Positions 17,821 through 20,192 of a stretch of 20,192 bases of DNA are shown one piece after another; the first letter of the stretch is position 1; every line of letters begins with the position of its first letter. The notes under the pieces were generated by a model that saw only the letters and a program-made list of their open reading frames with translations, had not been told where the DNA came from and did not search any database. This stretch comes from an uncultured bacterium. Lineage in GTDB: Bacteria > Schekmanbacteria > GWA2-38-11 > J061. Where the stretch lies: NCBI GenBank assembly GCA_964549305.1, contig CAZJVM010000047.1, positions 1-20,192 of the forward strand, given 5' to 3'. The position numbers were made by a program, and so were the translations under genes.

Positions 17821-18756
17821 TTATTTAAAACCCAGTTTATCCCTCAATGCAAAATAAAGAAGAGGGAAAAGTATTTCATACTGGCAAATCAGGTTTATTC
17901 CTTTGCCTCCGCGCGCAGTGGGTCTTTTTATCACATTGGTAAGAGGCCTGTAATGAGGAAGCATATCGATATTTACGGCAAGAAATTTATCAATCTTGTA
18001 GCCCTTGTTTCTGCAAAGAGTGATTGATTTGAGAAAGATTTCAGGCATAACAACAGCTGAACCCATATTAATCCACACGCCTCCTTGAAGTTTGGAAACA
18101 CGCTCGGCAAGCACATTGAAATCTTTCAAACTCGCCTCTCCAATGCGCGCGCCGTCTGCAAGAGGGTCCATATGAACAATGTCAGTGCCTATGGCAACAT
18201 GCACCGTGGAGGGACATCCCGCCCTGACCGATGCGGCAAATATGCTTTTATCCCGGTAGCGGTTTTTGTCGGAAATAATGATTTCTCCCAATGCCTCACC
18301 GAAACCTTTATTCTCCTCAACAGCTTTTTTCACGGCACGCCCCAACCCCAGCGAAGTCTCCCTGGACATTCCGAATTCGCCTTCTTCAAGTCCTTCGGCA
18401 ACATCCTCCGATGTTGCGCCAATGAGGGAAATTTCGTAATCGTGCACCGCGCCGGCGCCATTCATGGATACACTGCCAATAATTCCATTTTCAATTAAAG
18501 AAATGATAAAGGGAGAAAGCCCGCATTTTATGGCGTGAGCGCCCATTGCGAGAAAAACCGGTTTTTTTCGTTTAACACTCCTGCAAATCTCATTAACCAC
18601 ATTTTTAAAATCCCTTGCGCCTAAAATGTCAGGGAATGAATCGAGAAGCGATGAAATGTCACTGCCCGCCTTAATTGATGCAAAATTTTTGAGAGATACA
18701 AGATTTTTCCTTTTTCTGATGGAACTCTTTTTTACCGGTTTTTCACTGAATTTCAT
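17821..18756 (-). CDS. Conserved hypothetical protein, deoxyhypusine-synthase-like fold (GSU2086-like)
   Basis: MGAHAIKCGL, MNGAGAVHDYE, GATSEDV, GEFGM, TVHVAIGTDIVH, GGVWINMGSAVVMPEIFLK: motifs I recall from an uncharacterised family often found next to rfaE/hldE. Confidence 0.7.
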   Translation of the reverse strand: MKFSEKPVKKSSIRKRKNLVSLKNFASIKAGSDISSLLDSFPDILGARDFKNVVNEICRSVKRKKPVFLAMGAHAIKCGLSPFIISLIENGIIGSVSMNGAGAVHDYEISLIGATSEDVAEGLEEGEFGMSRETSLGLGRAVKKAVEENKGFGEALGEIIISDKNRYRDKSIFAASVRAGCPSTVHVAIGTDIVHMDPLADGARIGEASLKDFNVLAERVSKLQGGVWINMGSAVVMPEIFLKSITLCRNKGYKIDKFLAVNIDMLPHYRPLTNVIKRPTARGGKGINLICQYEILFPLLYFALRDKLGFK

Positions 18757-18783
18757 TTTTTAATGCTTTCGTTTTTAATCTAA

Positions 18784-18805
18784 ATAATAGAGCTATTATA
18801 ATAGC
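18784..18805. promoter_or_regulatory. Nested palindromes containing TATAAT on both strands (candidate internal promoter/operator)
   Basis: Perfect palindrome GCTATTATAATAGC (18792-18805) plus inverted repeat ATAATAG-AG-CTATTAT (18784-18799), 28-49 nt upstream of the 18756 start. Confidence 0.35.
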
Positions 18806-18870
18806 GGAGAGAGAGTTAACGAAAGAGTTTTTTGTATTTTTTTCCCGAACAAAAGAAAATGTGAAAAAAT

Positions 18871-19992
18871 CTACTTCAGGGCGTCAATAAGCGCTTCGAT
18901 GACGGTTTCCTGCTCGTCATCGGTTAACTCGGGATATACGGGAAGGGCAAGCACTTCCTCGCATGCTTTTTCGGATTCGGGAAAATCACCTTTTTTGTAA
19001 CCGAGATTTGAGAAGCATTCCTGAATATGAAGTGAAAGAGGATAATAAATTCCGTAGCCGATTTTTTCCGACTGAAATTTTTCGATAACCTTATCCCTCT
19101 GCGACGTCCTGATTACATACTGATTGAAAACGTGACAGCACTTCTTGTCCCTGTAAGGAATTGTGACTTTCGCTTCCAGTGCTTCATCGTATCGTGCCGC
19201 GATTTCCCGCCGCCTTTCGGTCCATTTTTCAAGATATTGAAATTTTACGAGCAATACTGCCGCCTGCACCGCATCAAGACGGCTGTTGATTCCCACCGCG
19301 GAATGATAATAACGCTTCTCTTCACCGTGCACCCGTAACATTTTCACTTTCTCAGCAATATCCTTATCGTTTGTAGCGACCATTCCCGCCTCACCGAATG
19401 CACCGAGATTTTTTGTGGGGTAAAAACTTAACGCGCCACCGCTTGAAAGAGAGCAGGATTTCTTTATCTCTTTTCCGCCATTGCATTCTACTTCATAACC
19501 CGCGCCTATTGCCTGTGCCGCATCCTCAAGGACGGTAATTGATTTTTCAGAGGCTATTTCGCAAATTGACTTCATATCGGCGCACTGTCCGTAAAGATGG
19601 ACGGGCATAATGCACTTGGTTTTGTCCGTTATTTTATCTTCAACATCGCCGGCAGAAAGGTTGAATGTGCGGGGGTCAATATCGGCAAAAACCGGTTTGG
19701 CGCCAAGACGCACGATTGACGATGCCGTAGAAAAGAAGGTAAAGGGCGTAGTAATTACTTCATCTCCCTCGCCCACGCCTGCCGCCATAAGCATAAGGAG
19801 AATCGCATCCGAACCTGAACCCACGCCCACTGCGTATTTGGCAGTGGAATATTCGGCAATTTTCTTTTCAAGCTCAGCGACTTCTTCTCCGAGAATAAGC
19901 TTCTGGCTTGAAAAAATGGGAGTTATCTTTTCGCGAACTTCGTCTTCTATGGTTTTATACTGCCTCGTCAGATCTAAAAAAGGGACAGACAA
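18871..19992 (-). CDS. DegT/DnrJ/EryC1/StrS family PLP-dependent sugar aminotransferase
   Basis: GSGSDA, EVITTPFTF, PVHLYGQ, EDAAQAIG, SFYPTKNLG (PLP Lys), NSRLDAVQAA, LALPVYPEL. TTG start with a GAGGAG SD. Confidence 0.95.
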   Translation of the reverse strand: MSVPFLDLTRQYKTIEDEVREKITPIFSSQKLILGEEVAELEKKIAEYSTAKYAVGVGSGSDAILLMLMAAGVGEGDEVITTPFTFFSTASSIVRLGAKPVFADIDPRTFNLSAGDVEDKITDKTKCIMPVHLYGQCADMKSICEIASEKSITVLEDAAQAIGAGYEVECNGGKEIKKSCSLSSGGALSFYPTKNLGAFGEAGMVATNDKDIAEKVKMLRVHGEEKRYYHSAVGINSRLDAVQAAVLLVKFQYLEKWTERRREIAARYDEALEAKVTIPYRDKKCCHVFNQYVIRTSQRDKVIEKFQSEKIGYGIYYPLSLHIQECFSNLGYKKGDFPESEKACEEVLALPVYPELTDDEQETVIEALIDALK

Positions 19993-20086
19993 TTTAAATC
20001 TCCTCAGTAGAACTTTGTAATAAAAAAGTACTCAGTGCACTTTTTCAAATATCAGTAAATTTTTCGCATTGTATTTTTAAAATTGT

Positions 20087-20116
20087 ATTATAGCTTAGCG
20101 GAAGGTAATATTCCAA
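20087..20116 (-). promoter_or_regulatory. Putative sigma70 promoter for the DegT-hldE-wecB cluster
   Basis: Minus strand TTGGAA (20116-20111), 18-nt spacer, perfect TATAAT (20092-20087), about 95 nt upstream of the DegT start. Confidence 0.4.
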
Positions 20117-20192
20117 GCAGGAAAGAATATGCGAAGCGTAGGAAGGTCTGCGCTGTCAAGATCATATACTGTCTAAACAACATATTTTTTTA

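Noticed and set aside
17494-18027. Long alternative-frame or antisense ORFs (e.g. 17494-18027, 7551-8066, 8528-8947, 18085-18498, 19610-20020)
   Set aside because: They overlap well-supported genes and show no recognisable motifs, so they are treated as shadow ORFs.
20135-20154. Small hairpin AGCGTAGG-AAGG-TCTGCGCT near the window end, as a possible ncRNA such as SRP
   Set aside because: It needs two G-U pairs, lacks the SRP domain IV motif, and its context is cut off by the window edge.
1-20192. Mobile elements, CRISPR arrays, prophage or defence systems, tRNA/rRNA
   Set aside because: No integrase, transposase or cas ORFs, no regularly spaced repeats and no tRNA/rRNA motifs seen; intergenic gaps are short (about 300 nt at most).

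Overview
A 20 kb, gene-dense, moderately AT-rich bacterial chromosome segment with 20 CDS. The gene content suggests a diderm (hldE, wecB, DegT) of a Deltaproteobacteria/Nitrospinae-like lineage, but this assignment is tentative. Left to right: PaaI-type thioesterase and an HhH-GPD (endonuclease III-related) glycosylase (+); PPC/DUF296 protein and cysteine synthase (-); rpoZ-htpX-lon (+); a GT-C (ArnT/PMT-like) membrane glycosyltransferase (-); a stand-alone EndoQ-like PHP nuclease, a 223-aa orphan and a 4-TM membrane protein (+); a ribE-ribBA-ribH-nusB operon ending in a glutaredoxin-thioredoxin reductase fusion (-); and a DegT / conserved DHS-like hypothetical / hldE / wecB envelope-sugar cluster (-). 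I found no tRNA, rRNA, CRISPR array or mobile element. Most interesting: (1) the in-frame Grx(CPYC)-TrxB(CATC) fusion overlapping nusB; (2) a Fur-box-like operator overlapping a perfect TTGACA upstream of the rib operon, with no FMN riboswitch and no ribD; (3) the orphan at 9494-10165, which by eye resembles the HemF/ferredoxin-dependent bilin reductase fold; (4) the uncharacterised DHS-like protein beside hldE; (5) rpoZ heading a protease operon. All family calls come from motif recognition, not database searches.
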